Shown here in pieces: positions 26,341-41,900 of a stretch of DNA of 64,000 nt (position 1 is the first letter of the stretch; each line of letters starts with the position of its first letter). Under the pieces are notes generated by a model. The model had not been told where the DNA came from and did no database searches. It worked only from the letters and a program-made list of their open reading frames with translations. The position numbers were made by a program, and so were the translations under genes. The DNA is from Macrostomum lignano (Eukaryota), in assembly GCA_002269645.1 (NCBI GenBank), contig NIVC01004017.1, positions 271-64,270 on the forward strand, written 5' to 3'.

Positions 26341-29300
26341 ATTATTTTCTTTAGCTTAGTTTGAAGTACTTTTTTATAACAGATGCAAGAAGGTGACTGG
26401 GAGAATAGATTTCCTACAGCTGAAATTGCTAGCTTTTCTAGAAAGGCACTGGCCTTCGCTGATTGGCCCTGTCTCAGCCAATAGAAAATTGGTTAGATAA
26501 CTAAAATGTGAGAATACATGTTTTAGCTTTGCATACTACTAGAATATCATTTTAATTGTACGTCGTATTGCTGTTGTGTTATCGATATTTTGCATAACTA
26601 ACTTTATAAATATATAGCTCGTATAGAAAGTCAAAGGGTCGTAACTGTATATAGGGATTAAATGCAAAGAAGTAGATGGAGAGAAAATTGAAAATATCTC
26701 TCTATGGTGGAGAGGGAGTAGACGGGAGAGAGAGAAAAAAAGAGATAGAGGAAGAGAGGCCCTAGAGAGAGGGAGAGGGGAGAGAGGGAGAGGGAGAGAG
26801 GGAGAGGGAGAGAAGGGGGAGAGAGGAAGAGGGACAGAGGTAGAGATGGAGAGAGAGATAGACAGGAGGGAGAGAGGCAGAGATGGAGAGAGAGATAGAC
26901 AGGAGGGAGAGAGGCAGAGATGGAGAGAGAGATAGACAGGAGGGGGAGAGGCAGAGATGGAGAGAGAGATAGACAGGAGGGAGAGAGGCAGAGATGGAGA
27001 GAGAGATAGACAGGAGGGAGAGAGGTAGAGATGGAGAGAGAGATAGACAGGAGGGAGAGAGGCAGAGGTAGAGATTGAGATAGACAGGAGGGAGAGAGGC
27101 AGAGGTAGAGATTGAGATAGACAGGAGGGGGAGAGGCAGAGGTAGAGATTGAGAGAGAGAGAGATAGACAGGAGGGAGAGAGGCAGAGATGGAGAGAGAG
27201 ATAGACAGGAGGGAGAGAGGCAGAGATGGAGAGAGAGATAGACAGGAGGGGGAGAGGCAGAGATGGAGAGAGAGATAGACAGGAGGGAGAGAGGCAGAGA
27301 TGGAGAGAGAGATAGACAGGAGGGAGAGAGGCAGAGATGGAGAGAGAGATAGACAGGAGGGAGAGAGGCAGAGATGGAGAGAGAGATAGACAGGAGGGAG
27401 AGAGGCAGAGGTAGAGATTGAGATAGACAGGAGGGGGAGAGGCAGAGGTAGAGATTGAGAGAGAGAGATAGACAGGAGGGAGAGAGGCAGAGATGGAGAG
27501 AGAGAGATAGACAGGAGGGAGAGAGGCAGAGATGGAGAGAGAGATAGACAGGAGGGAGAGAGGCAGAGATGGAGAGAGAGATAGACAGGAGGGAGAGAGG
27601 CAGAGATGGAGAGAGAGATAGACAGGAGGGAGAGAGGCAGAGATGGAGAGAGAGATAGACAGGAGGGAGAGAGGCAGAGATGGAGAGAGAGATAGACAGG
27701 AGGGAGAGAGGCAGAGATGGAGAGAGATAGACAGGAGGGAGAGAGGCAGAGATGGAGAGAGAGATAGACAGGGGGGAGAGAAAGGAGAGATACAAGAGGT
27801 AGATAGAAAAAGGAGCTATTCCAGACAGAAACGGCAGGGAGGTAGGGTGCAGCCGAGAGTGGATAGAGCTGACAGAGACACAAAGAATCGCTAGAGCACA
27901 GGAAAGTAATCTAAATAAAGTCTGAGATAGCGGGCCGCAGAGGTCAAAGCACATTCAATGCTTAGGAAATTTTAAAATAAGCACAATAAAAAACCTGTAA
28001 ATAGGAGCGGAAGATCGCCTCAATTGACTGGCATGCTATATACTCAAGAGGATTAGCCGGCCCCGGCTCCCAAGATAATATTTGATGAAAATCTATTTAG
28101 CAACACAAGGGAACTGACGTTTCACAAGTGAAGTGTAGTTTGAATAAAAACTGTTTAATATGCACTGCTGTTAACTATCACCGCGGACTCTAGGGGTTTG
28201 GGGTTCGAGTCAAGGAATTGAAACTGATGCATTCCTATTCCTATAGCATTGATTATAAATACTAATTATCGGTTGTAAATAGCAATATACATGTGTCTTG
28301 CTCTAGATTAATTCACAACAAAATAACTAACTACATGTATGCACTTAAAAATAAATAATAAAAAGAAAAAAACTGTTTAAGATCCTCTGATTTCACTCAA
28401 CAGCACAAAGAGTGGGTCTAGCAATCCAGTGAAAGTTACGGAGAGTGGGTCTAGCAATCCATTGAAGGTTATGGAGAGCGGGTCTAGCAATCCACTGAAT
28501 GTAATAGAGAGCGGGTCTAGCAATCCACTGAATGTAATAGAGAGCGGGTCTAGCAATCCACTGAATGTTATGGTAGAGAGGGTCTAGCAATCCACAGAAG
28601 ATTAGGGTAGAGAGGGTCTAGCAATCCACAGAAGATTAGGCTAGAGAGGGTCTAGCAATCCACAGAAGATTAGGCTAGAGAGGGTCTAGCAATCCACAGA
28701 AGATTAGGCTAGAGAGGGTCTAGCAATCCACAGAAGATTAGGGTAGAGAGGGTCTAGCAATCCACAGAAGATTAGGGTAGAGAGGGTCTAGCAATCCACA
28801 AAAGATTAGGGTAGAGAGGGTCTAGCAATCCACTGAATGTTATGGAGAGAGGGTCTAGCAATCCACTGAATGTAATGGAGGGTCTAGCAATCCACTAGAT
28901 TGAATTTAATAGAGAGGGTCTAGCAATCCACTGAATGTTATCGAGCATGGATCAATAGCTAGTATATTAGCACAGGCGATTTAACTACAGCCTTTCCCAA
29001 GGCCATTCCCATATTTTGAGGTCACAGAGACAAAAAATCAGGGGATTAAGATAAACAGATTTCGCTCGTCAAAGCTCAACTCAAACCTATCCACGTGATG
29101 CCGGCTCATAGGCCAGAGGGATGAGCAGCTGGGCTCAATAAGTGCATGCCTTCCTTTTATCAGCATGAAATAGATAAATCTACGAATGAAACTACACCTA
29201 AGCTGTGATTTATACATATGGCAACCGCATCTTAGTACCTGTCTGGCTGAGCAAAACTCCAAGCTAATATTGACTAAAACTGAAGCTCGGCAGCATATGC

Positions 29301-32300
29301 TGCCTATATAGCTAGCATCATCTTAAGTAGCATATCATTGTTCAAATATAATGCTTTTATAATTTCATAGATAGTTGCCAAGGTAAATATGAACTCAAAT
29401 AATAAGATAAGAAGGTTACCTGGCGTTGACACAAGGTTGCCGATTTTATATCAGCTTATATACCAGGTGGGATACTGCACGTAGCATGTGGGATTTCCAG
29501 AATGGGGAGTTTACTAAATGGGATATTTCCAGAATAAGGAATCTACTAAATGGGATTTCCAGAATAGGAAATCTACTGAATGGGATATTTCCAGAATGGG
29601 GAATTTACTAAATGGGATTTCCAGAATAGGGAATCTACTAAATGGGATTTCCGGAATAGGGAATCTACTAAATGGGATATTTCCAGGATGGGGAATCTAC
29701 TAAATGGGATTTCCAGAATAGGGAATCTACTAAATGGGATATTTCCAGAAGAGGGAATCTACTAAATGGGATTTCCAGAATAGGGAATCTACTAAATGGG
29801 ATTTCCAGAATAGGGAATCTACTAAATGGGATTTCCAGAATAGGGAATCTACTGAATTGGATATTTCCAGAATGGGGAATTTACTAAATGGGATTTCCAG
29901 AATAGGGAATCTACTAAATGGGATTTCCGGAATAGGGAATCTACTAAATGGGATTTCCAGAATAGGGAATCTACTAAATGGGATTTCCAGAATAGGGAAT
30001 CTACTGAATTGGATATTTCCAGAATGGGGAATTTACTAAATGGGATTTCCAGAATAGGGAATCTACTAAATGGGATTTCCAGAATAGGGAATCTACTAAA
30101 TGGGATTTCCAGAATAGGGAATCTACTGAATGGGATACTTCCAGAATGGGGAATTTACTAAATGGGATTTCCAGAATAGGGAATCTACTAAATGGGATTT
30201 CCGGAATAGGGAATCTACTAAATGGGATATTTCCAGGATGGGGAATCTACTAAATGGGATTTCCAGAATGGGGAATCTACTAAATGGGATTTCCAGAATA
30301 GGGAATCTACTAAATGGGATTTCCAGGATGGGGAATCTACTAAATGGGATTTCCAGAATAGGGAATCTACTAAATGGGATATTTCCAGGATGGGGAATCT
30401 ACTAAATGGGATTTACAGAATGGGGAATCTACTAAATGGGATTTCCAGAATAGGGAATCTACTAAATGGGATATTTCCAGAATAGGGAATCTACTAAATG
30501 GGATTTCCAGAATAGGGAATCTACTAAATGGGATTTCCGGAATAGGGAATCTACTAAATGGGATTTCCAGGATGGGGAATCTACTAAATGGGAATTCCAG
30601 GATGGGGAATCTACTAAATGGGATTTCCAGAATAGGGAATCTACTAAATGGGATATTTCCAGAATAGGGAATCTACTAAATGGGATATTTCCAGAATAGG
30701 GAATCTAATAAATGGGATATTTCCAGAAGAATAGGGAATCTACTAAATGGGATTTCCAGAATAGGGAATCTACTAAATGGGATATTTCCAGAATAGGGAA
30801 TCTACTAAATGGGATATTTCCAGAATAGGGAATCTACTAAATGGGATTTCAAGAATAGGGAATCTACTAAATGGGATTTCCAGAATAGGGAATCTACTAA
30901 ATGGGATTTCCAAGATGGGATATATACAGAATTCAGTTAAACATTTTGAACATCAATAATAATAATTGAATTATACAAAGCTACAAGGATGCTCACCCAG
31001 CGGAAGCCAGCATTTTCTTGCACCGATCCAACTGACTACTCAAATTAAACAGCTGAGTAGTAGTAAACAGATGATTCGCCGAGGCGAATGCAGTTTCGCA
31101 GCCATTCAACTCGTCGACAAGATCAGCGGCGTTGTCCATCACAATAGCCGAATACTGGGGCAGATCGATAGAAGCTGGCTGCTGCTGCTGATGAGCTGTT
31201 TGGAAGTCAACAAACGGACCCGAGCCGCCCGAAGAAGTCCGACTGCGCGCGGCCGTGGCGCTCCGAGGAAACCGCTGCCCGATGGAGTCAGTCAGGCGTT
31301 GCAGGCGCTGCTTCAGCTCGGCGGCCAGACGATCGCGCTGCGAATCGGCCGTGGAGCGGATTCGAACCACGGACGCCTTGGCCGAGTCGGAGGCTATTGC
31401 TACAGTTGACGAAGGCTCGGCTGTAGCCGGGGGTCGCCAGTTGAGGCAGTCGAGGTCGCGAAAGCCTCTGCGCTGCAGCTGCTCAGTCAGGGAGGCGATT
31501 CTTCGCTCCGATGCCGGTTGCTAGGGAAGCGAATGTTGGAAAATGAAGCTGGATATATACTACTACTAACCAGGCCAAGAATATAGATTTAGTACTAATT
31601 AGATGACGAGGCATTTAGCCTTTATAAGACATGCAAGTTACTCCTGCCGTTTACCCAAAGTGGTATTAATTTACTTTAGGGTTTCTTTCTTAGGTACGTC
31701 GCATTTTTGGTCAAAAAGTAAGTCGCGTGGCCAGTGTAAATCAGGGGGGGGGGAGTTGCACATGTGCGACGAGATGTCACGGTACGAGCCGCCTAACCGT
31801 CCTCAAAGAGTCGCTAAAAAGTCAATTTGAGGCGTTTTATTGTCTATGACTCTGTGACTCTGATGAATTAGAATTGCATTTCGCATTTGATAACAACTCT
31901 ATTTAGTCTACTTGACTCAGTAGAAAGTTAAGCGCAAACGCAACGATTCTTGGACGACTTTTTCGCGACTCTCCGATTGTCACGGTAACATTTTTAATCA
32001 CCATAAATGAGTTGCTATGCATGGTTTGGTAAAATTTGGTAAGAGTGTACTTGTATAGTAATGGAAAAAAATGAATATTCACAGGTAGGTTGCGGGAATC
32101 CTGACAACGACACAAGCTTAATTTAAGCTAAAGCTGAGGTCTCCATTATTAAATCCGAGGCTCTGAGGTCAACTGAAGGTCAGGTGCACTTTAATAGTAA
32201 AACAAATAGAAGGATCTCATTAGGAAGTGACTCACCTGACCAGAAGAGGCCACCTGCTCCTGCAGCGAGACCAACTCAGTCGCTAACTGGTGAGTCGAAT

Positions 32301-35300
32301 TGAGAAACGACACCTCCTTGTCTAAGAAGGCAATTTTATCGCGCCAGAATGACTGAAAATTGTGCGAAAAAATCGATAACTGAGTTAAAAATCGATAATT
32401 AACTTTAAAAATCGATAAGTGAATTTAAAAAATCGATAATTAAGGTAAAAATCGATGATTGAGTTAAAAATCGATGATTGAGTTAAAAATCGATAAGTGA
32501 GTTTAAAAAACCGATAATTGAGGTAAAAATCGATAATTGAGATAAAAATCGATAACTGAGTTAAAAATCGATAATTAAGTTTAAAAATCGATAAGTGAGG
32601 TAAAAATCGATAATTAAGTTTAAAAATCGATAAGTGAGTTTAAAAAACCGATAATTGAGGTAAAAATCGATAATTGAGATAAAAATCGATAACTCAGTTA
32701 AAAATCGATAATTAAGTTTAAAAATCGATAAGTGAGGTAAAAATCGATAATTAAGTTTAAAAATTGATAAGTGAGTTTAAAAAATCGATAATTGAGGTAA
32801 AAATCGATAATTGAGTTAAAAATCGATGATTGAGCTAAAATATTTATAACTGAGTATAAAAATGTAAAAAAAACTTGCTACTAGATAATAAACTGATTTC
32901 ATTACAAATATAATTACAGGAAAATCATTTTGCTTTTTAAAGAAAAAAACTTGTATTTAAGAAGAAAATAATTTTTTGTTTTCAAGAATTAACTAAACAA
33001 CAAGGTGGAGGTCTTCTTTATTTGAGGCTGTTCCTGTGGCACCCTGTGTGCACTTTAAGCGACATTGTCACACAACCGGCGAGAGGCATTGCTGCCCATT
33101 CCACAGCGCGCGGATACCTACGCAGTCATACTCATACGCACAGGCACACACTCACACAGGAGTGTACAGCGGCCCTAACTTTATTGATGGTAAGGCATGT
33201 ACACTTCACTCACTGTGCCTTGGGGGGGGGGGTGGCCCTCAAGCGGGGTGTTAATTGCACGAGCAGAGCCAAGCCGAGACTCCAATTTCAAACTGAGTTT
33301 CCAATCGTATTTCTAAGAATCCTAATCCCAAGAAATCCGAAGCGTCCGAAGACTCACCTGCAGCTGCAGCAGTTCATGCCGATGCGACAGCACAGACGGC
33401 GGTAGAATGTTTGGCGACACCCAGCCGTCTCCGTCGCTTTCGGAGAAGCCAGCGGCCTCCTCGTCGACACTGGCGCTGGGATAAGCGGCATTGAATTCGG
33501 CTACTGCGGAGCCGATGTCCTTGGTGATTAAACCGAATTGACCGCGAAAAAACTGCAAATACAATTTTTGTACAGATTAATAAATTAACTGCTCTAATTT
33601 TCACAATATCAGGCGACACTATAGAAGCAGTTGAGTACATAAAACCGGTATGCAGGATAGATATTGTAATGATAATTCAATCAAATCAAGAAAAATATTA
33701 GCGTATTATACTCAAGGACTACTCATGTAGTAGGATTGGAAACTAAGTTTCTTGGAGACGTTACGATAGGATACGAGACGGGCCATAGACAGTATAATAA
33801 CTAGATGGGCCACTCGGCACATTTGCGTGTAAGCTACTTTCAGTTCAGTAGTAGGCTAGACAAGCATTTTAATGTATTTTTGAAGCCAGGGCTCATTTAT
33901 TGGCTCTTCCCCCTCCCACCTCCAGTTTAAACCCTCCAATCGCACCGCGCCTTTCCCTCTACCCACGGGACGAGCCCAATTTTTATTGCCTTTCTCGGAA
34001 TTCCAGCCTAAAGCTGCCATGTACATTTCGGTGGACTGGCCAATGTACATTCTGGCTGAACCAATTAGCAAGTTGTTTACGCCTGTAAGCTTGGGTTCTT
34101 GGCTTCTAAACTTATCAAAGCTGGCTTTACTTTTATAAAATAGCTTATGCATTCTTCTTTGCTACTGAACTGAAAGTAATAACACATTTTGCTCTGAAAA
34201 AATATTACAACCCTGTAATTTATTTCTTCGATAAAACCTGCGTCCTAATTTTTTTTCAAGAAACATAGTTTCCCGTACTACCCGAGTAGTACGACCTTGG
34301 TATTACTATCGGTAGCGCGGCTGGTAAGAACCCTATTTACACACACTCTATCTTATCTTAAGTAGGGTATCAAAAGTAAAAAAGTTCAAGATCCTCAAGA
34401 AGGTGCTTTTTAAAAAGCAAAGCGACATTTCTAGAAAATTAATCAGTGAAAATACCCAAATTTCAAAGCACTGAGTTACTCAATCAAGACTGCAAACGCT
34501 TTAAAAAGATATTGTTACTCGTAAGTTTTAGCGAGAAAAAAGCCAACATGTTCACGCCACTCTGCTCTCCATTGCGATGGATTACTAATTGATCAGAACG
34601 GCCAAAATAACGTTTACGATTGGCCGCATTATAACAATCATTGAATGCTAAGCGCAGTCTAAAAGCCACACGTGTTAAGTTAAAAAAGAAACGATTCAGG
34701 ATAATGCCTTAAAATTTCAATTTGCGATCAAATGCGCCGATGCTACTACTGAGTTCCACTACATCAGTAGTTAAAAAATCAAATTCAAACGCATAAAATG
34801 TTTCTAATGTTTTAATTAATTAACTTTTTTATCCGTATACTCGTTCTCTCTACTGATGACGTCACTATTAGTAGCATCACCCGAGAATCAATTTAAGAAA
34901 ATTTGGATTTAAAATTCTATAAAATCTAAATAATTAATGATTTTAATAGACTTGAAGTGTTGGTAATTTGTGCTGGACAACAATAATATGGTTGATAGAG
35001 ATGGGAAACAGTTTGCAAAAATATTTTTGCAGTGAAGTCTTTTATTTATTTCCATAAGAGAAGAGAAAGTTTAATTGGTCCAGCCAAAACTATAAGGAAT
35101 GCATATTTAATTTTTCGTTTAAAATGCACTAAGTGAAAAAACTAACAGCTAAATCGCGAGTTTTATTTTTCTTGACTACAAGACAAAGATAATAAGCCAA
35201 TAACGTGCTGCAATTGGTATTGACCAAGTAATATATAAATATGATATTTCGATGCAAATCTAATTTAAAAAAAATTAACATGCATTATAATACTCGTTAA

Positions 35301-38233
35301 ATATAAAGGCAATGCTTAAATAAGGAAATATATTGTAATTTATTTTTACGTAAGTTATAACAGTAAATAATATATAAGATAATAATATTTAAAATATCCG
35401 ATAATATGAAACTTTATTTTACAAAAAAGAGCCAAGCAGATGATTATTAAATTAGCTACACATCTTTATTTTATTTCTAATCTGTTTCCTAATTTCGCTC
35501 AACACACGGTCGCCAGCAGTTAGCGGTCACAAACTTACTGAATTGCAAAAGTCCGAAAATATCTGCAAATAAACAATTATTATTAAGGAGTTTATAAATA
35601 ATTAAATAAATAAAATAAATAAACAGCGTCGATACAGAGTCGATAAATAACTTTTACATGGTTTGTGTGCATAAATTTCTTTTTACTTGGGTTAGCAGTG
35701 AGTTTTGCCCAGCATTTGTTTTGGTGCAATCAATCAGGTTGTAAAATTTGATTTGAAATTATATCGAAAATTGTGTCGTTTGTTTAAATACGAGTGTTTA
35801 TATACAGACGCGCGAACGAATATTTTTATGATTAATTTATCTGTCAAACCGATACTCAAATGACTCTACTTACAGTAGAAAGTGAAACATTTTCTAATAC
35901 TTCTGATTTTATAGGTCAGCTAAATAAAAATGTTTACTTACCTCAGCTTGTACGCGAATTTGTGCAACGCTGTTCACGCTTGCTAAAGAGTCGCGCATCA
36001 GCTGTGCGCCACGAACAAGATCTTCAATTTGTCCGCGAATCACATTTAAACGCTCTTTAGCTACGGCTATGCTAGTTGATGGAGACTGGGGCACAGATGA
36101 TGGAGCTTGATTTTGAACTGCGACGCTCTGTTGCGGCGACATGGAGTCTTCAATAGCGCCGTCTGCACTCTTGTCGCTTGTTAGTAGACTCTGGAAATTA
36201 AAACAAATAAATACAAGCATCCATGCACTCACAGTTAACTTTATGCACTTACTTATAATATTGCTAAATAAATATAATAAATGTTTTAAACCATATTAAT
36301 AGAAATAAAAACGTAGGAAGAACTTGGTCCTAAGGATAAGGTAAGTGCAGTTTCTCTGTGTTTATGGGTGTGTTTCTATCTCAGTTTCCCTGTGTTTATG
36401 GGTGTGTTTCTATATCAGTTTCCCTGTGTTAATGGGTGTGTTTCTATATCAGTTTCCCTGTGTTTATGGGTGTGTTTCTATATCAGTTTCTCTGTGTTTA
36501 TGGGTGTGTTTCTATATCAGTTTCCCTGTGTTTATGGGTGTGTTTCTATATCAGTTTCTCTGTGTTTATGGGTGTGTTTCTATCTCAGTTTCCCTGTGTT
36601 TATGGGTGTGTTTCTATATCAGTTTCCCTGTGTTAATGGGTGTGTTTCTATATCAGTTTCTCTGTGTTTATGGGTGTGTTTCTATCTCAGTTTCCCTGTG
36701 TTTATGGGTGTGTTTCTATATCAGTTTCTCTGTGTTTATGGGTGTGTTTCTATCTCAGTTTCCCTGTGTTTATGGGTGTGTTTCTATATCAGTTTCTCTG
36801 TGTTTATGGGTGTGTTTCTATATCAGTTTCCCTGTGTTTATGGGTGTGTTTCTATATCAGTTTCTCTGTGTTTATGGGTGTGTTTCTATATCAGTTTCCC
36901 TGTGTTAATGGCTGTGTTTCTATCTCAGTTTCCCTGTGTTTATGGGTGTGTTTCTATTTTAGTTTCCATGTGTTTATGGGTGTGTTTCTATATCAGTTTC
37001 TCTGTGTTTATGGGTGTGTTTCTATATCAGTTTCCCTGTGTTAATGAGTGTGTTTCTATCTCAGTTTCCCTGTGTTTATGGGTGTGTTTCTATATCAGTT
37101 TCCCTGTGTTAATGGGTGTGTTTCTATCTCAGTTTCCCTGTGTTTATGGGTGTGTTTCTATTTTAGTTTCCATGTGTTTATGGGTGTGTTTCTATATCAG
37201 TTTCTCTGTGTTTATGGGTGTGTTTCTATATCAGTTTCCCTGTGTTAATGGGTGTGTTTCTATCTCAGTTTCCCTGTGTTTATGGGTGTGTTTCTATTTT
37301 AGTTTCCATGTGTTTATGGGTGTGTTTCTATCTCAGTTTCCCTGTGTTTATGGGTGTGTTTCTATCTCAGTTTCCCTGTGTTTATGGGTGTGTTTCTATC
37401 TCAGTTTCCCTGTGTTTATAGGCGTGTTTCTATACTATTTTCCTTGTGTTTATGGGTGTGTCTACCTCATTTTCCCTGTTTATGGGCGTGTGTCTTCCTC
37501 AGTTTCCATGTTTTTATGGGTGTGTTTCTATCTCAGTTTCCATGTGTTTATGCGTGTGTTTCTATCTCAGTTTCCACGTGTTTATGGGTGTGTTTCTATT
37601 TCAGTTTCCCTGTGTTTTTGTGTGTGTTTCAACTTTTAGTTTCTACGTGTTCCCATGTACATTTCTTTGTTTTTTGCCTTAGAAGCTGTCTGTTTGACAT
37701 CAGCTCTCGCGGCAAAAAAGCATGCATATGGCGATCAATCAAAAGAAATTGCAACCCACATATAGCTACATAAAAAGTACAAAGTTCCCTTTTAAATAGA
37801 AAAAAAATCACAAAAAGAGGCTGTTGCTTTTTTACTCTCGGTTCAATATTAGTTAGCAGCGCTAAGGACTTCGGTCTTAAAACAAAAAAATTGTTTGACA
37901 GATGACTATTTGATTTATGATATTGAAATTGCTCATTAATAAATAGCGGCAGTGCAATACGGCACTGATATTTTTGAACAAACCTCCAATTTTTCATCGA
38001 CGATATCCAATCTCTCAAGGGCTACAGCAGCAGCTTCTGACACGTCCGCAGGGGTCACCGAGGCGGCGCCACCGACAGTTGACTGGGGCAGCGACGGCTG
38101 CTGCTGCTGCTGCTTCGAAGTCGGGCTGCCGTGCTGAGCAGCAGCACCGATCAGGCTGGCAGCAGCGTCGCGAACTTCGCCAACTCGAGACCGAACTTCG
38201 GATAGCTCATGCTGGAGATTCTGCGGAGGGGTG

Positions 38234-38273
<40 letters not shown>

Positions 38274-38332
38274 GATAGATGGATAGATAGATAGATAGAT
38301 AGATGGATAGATAGATAGATAGATAGATAGAC

Positions 38333-38364
<32 letters not shown>

Positions 38365-38383
38365 GATAGATAGATAGATAGAC

Positions 38384-38443
<60 letters not shown>

Positions 38444-38494
38444 GATAGATAGATAGATAGACAGATAGATAGATAGATAGATAGATAGATGATG

Positions 38495-38537
<43 letters not shown>

Positions 38538-38597
38538 GAATAGATAGATAGATAGACAGATAGATATATAGATAGATAGATAGATAGATAGATAGAT

Positions 38598-38656
<59 letters not shown>

Positions 38657-38757
38657 GATAAATAGATGGATAGATAGATAGATGATAGATAGATAGATGA
38701 TAGATAGATGGATAGATAGATAGACAGATAGATAGATAGATAGATAGATAGATGATG

Positions 38758-38795
<38 letters not shown>

Positions 38796-38818
38796 CAGAT
38801 AGATAGATATATAGATAT

Positions 38819-38892
<74 letters not shown>

Positions 38893-38904
38893 TATAGATA
38901 GATG

Positions 38905-38943
<39 letters not shown>

Positions 38944-41900
38944 GGATAGATAGATGGATAGATTATTTATAGATAGATAGTTAGATAGATAGATGGATAG
39001 ATAGATAGATAGATAGATGATAGATAGATGGATAGATAGATAGACAGATAGATAGATAGATAGATATATAGATAGATGATAAATAGATGGATAGATAGAT
39101 AGACAGATAGATAGACAGATAGATAGATAGATAGATAGATGACAGATAGATGGACAGACAGATAGATAGTGGTTTAATGAACTAATATATTAATGCATAT
39201 AATGACTAATTAGAAGTGAATTGCACTTTGTGATAATTACACTAATACTAATCCCGATAACTAACCAGTATAATCGTTCAGTAGTCACTTATTTAGGGCA
39301 TAGAATCAGTAAAAATTAAGCTCACCCCATTGAAATGAGTAATTTTCGACGTTATAAATGACGAAAACTTATTAGTAAACATAATACCTATAATTTTACG
39401 TATCTGCATGCGTCTCTGCATGCGCTTGGCAGGAAACTATCTGAATACTCGAAATGGTCAACTGGCAGAATATCTCAGGAGGAACTACTCGACTCCTTTT
39501 TAACTCGGAACTGTCAGCTCTATGCATCGCACTTGAACTCTACTATTTATAGATGCCTCTGGCTACCAATTGCGGACGCGATGGATGGCAGGGCAGGAGG
39601 ATGAGGAGAGAACGAGGCTGCTTTGGAAGCATCTCACACTTGGCCAATCATCAATCAACTTTTTTCTATTCAGCGCTGGCTGGGCCTTCCTCAAGTCACA
39701 GGAGGAGGCAGTTTGGTTTTTTATTATACAGCTGTATGCATATGAAAAACTTCGTTTTTACTCCATACTCGTAACAGAGTTCCGCCTTTCCCGTTGCCTT
39801 GAACTATCGATTATATTTTCGCGCACCAGCTCTCGCTTTTGTAATTATTTCTCGGATTTTGCGTAAAGTTCGTATTCTTTGTGGTAGCAATATTTTTGGT
39901 TGCGTTTTATTCATACCGTAGCTACTAGCATATATGCTTGAAGTCTTAAATGTCTCTGCCGATTCTTGACAACCATTTCTTGCTCATTGTTCCTGTGAAT
40001 CAATCACTTTGTATCCCCTATTGTCCCGTCACTTTAAGTTACATCCTTTGTTGTCCCTTGTTATTATGTCACTATCATTTCTTGTACATTGTTTTAATGT
40101 TACATCACCCTTTATTGTCCGTTGCCTTAATGTCACATTATCCTTTATTGACCCTTGTCTCAATGTAACATTATCCTTGTCATTTGTCTCAATGTCACAT
40201 TATCCTTTATTGTCCCTTGTCTCAAAGTCACATTATCCTTGTCATTTGTCTCAATGTCACATTATCCTTTATTGTCCCTTGTCTCAATGTCACATCATCC
40301 TTGTCATTTGTCTCAATGTCACATTATCCTTTATTGTCCCTTGTCTCGATGTCACATTATCCTTGTCATTTGTCTCAATGTCACATTATCCTTGTCATTT
40401 GTCTCAATGTCACATTATCCTTGTCATTTGTCCCAATGTCACATTATCCTTTATTGTCCCTTGTCTCAAAGTCAAATTATCCTTGTCATTTGTCTCAATG
40501 TCACATTATCCTTTATTGTCACTTATCTATACATATTGTTCTTGATTTATCCTGCTCATAACATCAGCGTCTATGTTCCAGTCGACCGCGTGTCAATATT
40601 ATATTTTTTCAATCTCCTTGTAAATAATATTACACATAGTATAACGAACAGATTAACAAGTACGACTCTAGAAGCAAGCGTGCTTAATGGATACGAAGGC
40701 GGGCATTTAAGGTTGTGAGAGTATCTATCCTTCAAGAAACAAGAGAACCACGTACTAGGTAAAGAGGGATTAAGGCTAAGCTGATCAGTGCATATACACA
40801 CTCGCACACTACACGCTTAGAGCATAGTGTGAGCTGATGAAATGAGCCAGCAACTAATATAGCTCAGCACAAATATACTACTTTACTATATTACAGTACT
40901 ACACAAGCTGAAGCAACTAAAAAACAAGGCTTATTACAGATAAGAGAGAGAGGGAGAAAGTGAGCGAAGCAAAGGCCAGTCCCGGTCTCAGCTACAGGTT
41001 TAGCCCAACTGATTGATTTGCCTTGCGGGTCTATTTATCTGTCCGGCCATCTATCCAGGTTCCAGTTATCAATACACTCCACTCTTTTCACAATATATCA
41101 ATGCAGCAACGAGCAGAAATTCTTTAATAAATCCAAATCAAAACAAGACTGACTGATGCTCGCTTGATTCTGCGCACTTAATGCTTTTATCGAAGGCATT
41201 GAGTTAGTTCAATCTATCGAGTTCTCGTTGAAAACAAATCGCAGATGCACATTTGTGCCTCTTTCGACGCGAAATCATTGCAGTGTGTGCTTATCTTGGC
41301 GTGCAGCTATACTAAAGCGGACTAATGTTAATGCGCGCTTATGCCAGTTCGCGCTTATGCTACTGCGCGCTTATGCTAATGCGCACTTATGCTTCTGCGC
41401 GTTTATGCTAATGCGCGCTTATGCTACTTTGCGCTAATGCTAATGCGCGCTTATGCTAATGCGCGCTTATGCTACTACGCGTTTTTGTTAATGCGCGCTT
41501 ATGCTACTGCGCACTTATGCTAATGCGCGCTTATGCTTCTGCGCGTTTATTCTAATGCGCGCTTATGCTACTTTGGGCTTATGCTAATGCGCGATTATGC
41601 TAATGCGCGATTATGCTAATGCGCGTTCATGCTAATGCGCGCTTATGCTACTGCGCGCTTATGCTAATGCGCACTTATGCTTCTGCGCGCTTATGCTACT
41701 TTGCGCTTATGCTAAAGCGCGCTTGCTACTGCGCGTTTTGCTAATGCGCGCTCATTTCGGCGTGTCTTAATTTTGATGCGCGTTTGATCGGCAAATGCGA
41801 TGAGCGCAATCCTGACGCGCACTTTTTTCTGACTCGCGCCTCAGCTGGAACGGGCTAAATTTGATGTGCGCGCGTGCTATAAATGCACGGCTTCAGAAGT

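Noticed and set aside
20268-27954. Long hydrophobic F/S/L or C/Y/S/L ORFs (20268-22028, 24450-26069, 26539-27954)
   Set aside because: These are pyrimidine/purine low-complexity arrays, open in several frames at once.
29485-32850. Clusters of NF-kB-like (GGGATTTCC) and CGATA motifs as enhancer or insulator arrays
   Set aside because: Short motifs are multiplied trivially by tandem repetition. BEAF-32 is restricted to Drosophila, and there is no independent evidence.
36345-37773. Cys/Val/Phe-rich ORFs
   Set aside because: They are products of the 34-bp satellite.
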